Source: an archaeon
Lineage (GTDB): Archaea > Iainarchaeota > Iainarchaeia > Iainarchaeales > CSSED10-239
DNA length: 24,412 bases
Assembly (NCBI GenBank): GCA_035357435.1
Contig: DAOPNM010000007.1
Location: 1-24,412 of the forward strand
Direction: 5' to 3'
Below are positions 24,201 to 24,412 of the stretch, piece after piece. A program made the translations under genes and the position numbers. The notes beneath the pieces were generated by a model, which did not search any database, had not been told where the DNA came from, and saw nothing but the letters and a program-made list of their open reading frames with translations. Position 1 is the stretch's first letter. Each line of letters begins with the position of its first letter.

Positions 24201-24404
24201 AAATATATCATTCTGTAAAACATAGGTTGCACCTTCAGTACCTAACTCGCCACATGCTGTTATATTAATGTCTTCTGCAAATACATTTGTTGGTGTTAAT
24301 ATTAATGAAAATAAAAATAATACAAATATATTTATAACAAAAATATTCTGCTCCTTTTTTTCTGGTTTCTTATCCCAATTAAATTTGTTTTTTTTACAAT
24401 TCAT
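21210..24404 (-). CDS. Large C-terminally anchored surface protein. Domain order: signal peptide, about 20-turn right-handed beta-helix (PbH1/NosD-like), five TSP3 calcium-binding repeats, S/T linker, Ig-like domains, P/E linker, TM anchor.
   Basis: 1064 aa. The signal peptide is IFVINIFVLFLFSLILTPTNVFA|ED. Residues 78-560 carry repeats of about 23 aa such as SSDNNISNSTLSSSNADALHLSGS. Residues 671-775 carry repeats of the form DSDGDGxxNxxDNCPxxSNPDQxDxD. Residues 890-985 read DTTAPTT...GVKEIYY...YYTIDNAGNKE (Ig-like). Residues 1020-1041 form the TM helix WTPVLVVCGVVIILVILYFTVI, followed by a Lys-rich tail. Confidence 0.85.
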   Translation of the reverse strand: MNCKKNKFNWDKKPEKKEQNIFVINIFVLFLFSLILTPTNVFAEDINITACGELGTEGATYVLQNDIFGAGQNPCFSISANNIILDCNGHSITNVQTGISISSKNNINIQNCNITANNHSSSSITCYSSSHNTIAHSNLFVPDAYSIAVVFDSCSDTNITDSNIIALGYTNYGITFDSSHNNNVTDSNIVGDYCGISLESSSYNNISNSTITSQGNIALYLSSSSNGNTISDSNIVGKGYAISLESSSDNNISNSTLSSSNADALHLSGSSNRNNIINSNMDSNYYAISLNNSSDNNIINSILTSSYNDALFIYNLSNGNNIRDSNIITFGDSSSAIYLYSSSDNNIIGSQLLAYGNSAFSSYFEQSNNNLFKDCNLWSTGDHVDTAVFKDSNSNLIQDSNISMDANSGTCVYIAENSSDNIIINSNIDGNGTGEFIFSVWFDSSNSNLIQDSNLSIDANTGSVVIFENNSSDNNIISSQLLADGNMVASATFNSSNNNLIQDSNLSLTGNSGNIVVDFVSSLENILLNNTLSLTNDGGIIYFEDSNRNHIERNNLIAADQSIQEMPLVDLDESSQDNLFCLNSFSKAQDINNLYVDDNGSNDYNGICDGKNQGNIWGNISDLNISGTESSTLTDYYIGSFGPDYPYNPTTSNGKVQGDVIDFAPLIPSSLDSDGDGLPNYNDNCPFVSNSDQNDSDGDGVGDVCDNCLLISNPDQNNSDDDTMGNACDNCPTVSNPDQADGDSDGVGNVCDNCPLISNPDQADGDSDGVGNVCDSSGTSSSDGRRHHFTTTTNTSSTSTPKITLKNNLSGAIISNNSIYLDFNYLGATGVTCSVQLNNEEPIIITDGNKVRGDVNFALTDIPDGIHTITIEAKTKAGTITKEVIENVMVDTTAPTTTVDAPHTITEPTIVNIVPTDNVSGVKEIYYCIYNKDKETGCTPQLAQAIDNKLSVPITQEGTWLIKYYTIDNAGNKEQEKTQIITYSSLEAGEEEPQEPIEIIQESQEPIEPTEPVQEKKFSWTPVLVVCGVVIILVILYFTVINKPKNPKLDKPKKQGKEKTLAKL
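22081..22204 (-). repeat. Perfect 55-nt direct repeat (22081-22135 and 22150-22204, period 69 nt) inside the TSP3 region
   Basis: Both copies read tcacaaacatttcctacaccatcactatcaccatctgcttgatctggatttgaaa and encode SNPDQADGDSDGVGNVCD. More diverged copies continue to about 22394. Confidence 0.95.
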
Positions 24405-24412
24405 AATTTTCA

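Overview
This is a strongly AT-rich, densely coding fragment. It has about 26 genes, one tRNA, and no non-coding stretch longer than about 230 bp. No rRNA, CRISPR array, transposase or integrase is visible.

The information-processing genes make it archaeal: S19e-L39e-L31e-aIF6-prefoldin alpha-FtsY, SRP54, an archaeal-type TyrRS, RNase P protein Rpp21/Rnp4, and a tRNA-Gly(GCC) with A73. The small gene set and the mix of gene origins suggest a reduced DPANN-like genome, but this is inference only. All genes except two (7269-9285) are on the minus strand.

Three themes stand out.

1. Cell-surface toolkit. It comprises a type IV pilin-like gene with a class III signal peptide at the window start, an A24 prepilin peptidase, and a 1064-aa surface protein. 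The peptidase ORF ends on a T_TTT_TTA slippery site, and its -1 frame continues into the next membrane ORF. The surface protein combines a beta-helix, thrombospondin type 3 (TSP3) calcium-binding repeats, Ig-like domains and a C-terminal TM anchor.

2. Accessory stretch of about 6.6 kb between aspS and tgt (3852-10495). It carries an orphan Cas4-like 4-Cys PD-(D/E)XK nuclease with an extra C-terminal domain, a GH3-family adenylating amide ligase, a divergently transcribed M14-like DUF2817 hydrolase, a RadC/JAB metalloprotease and a 395-aa coiled-coil protein. I flag it as a possible uncharacterised conjugation/deconjugation or defence-type module.

3. Bacterial-type housekeeping enzymes in an archaeal context. 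These are an AspRS that precisely lacks the GAD insertion and a single-domain queuine-type TGT instead of ArcTGT.

A G/C-containing motif of about 26 nt also recurs three times just 3' of minus-strand genes.

All homology statements rest on motif recognition by eye and on remembered reference sequences. No searches were run.
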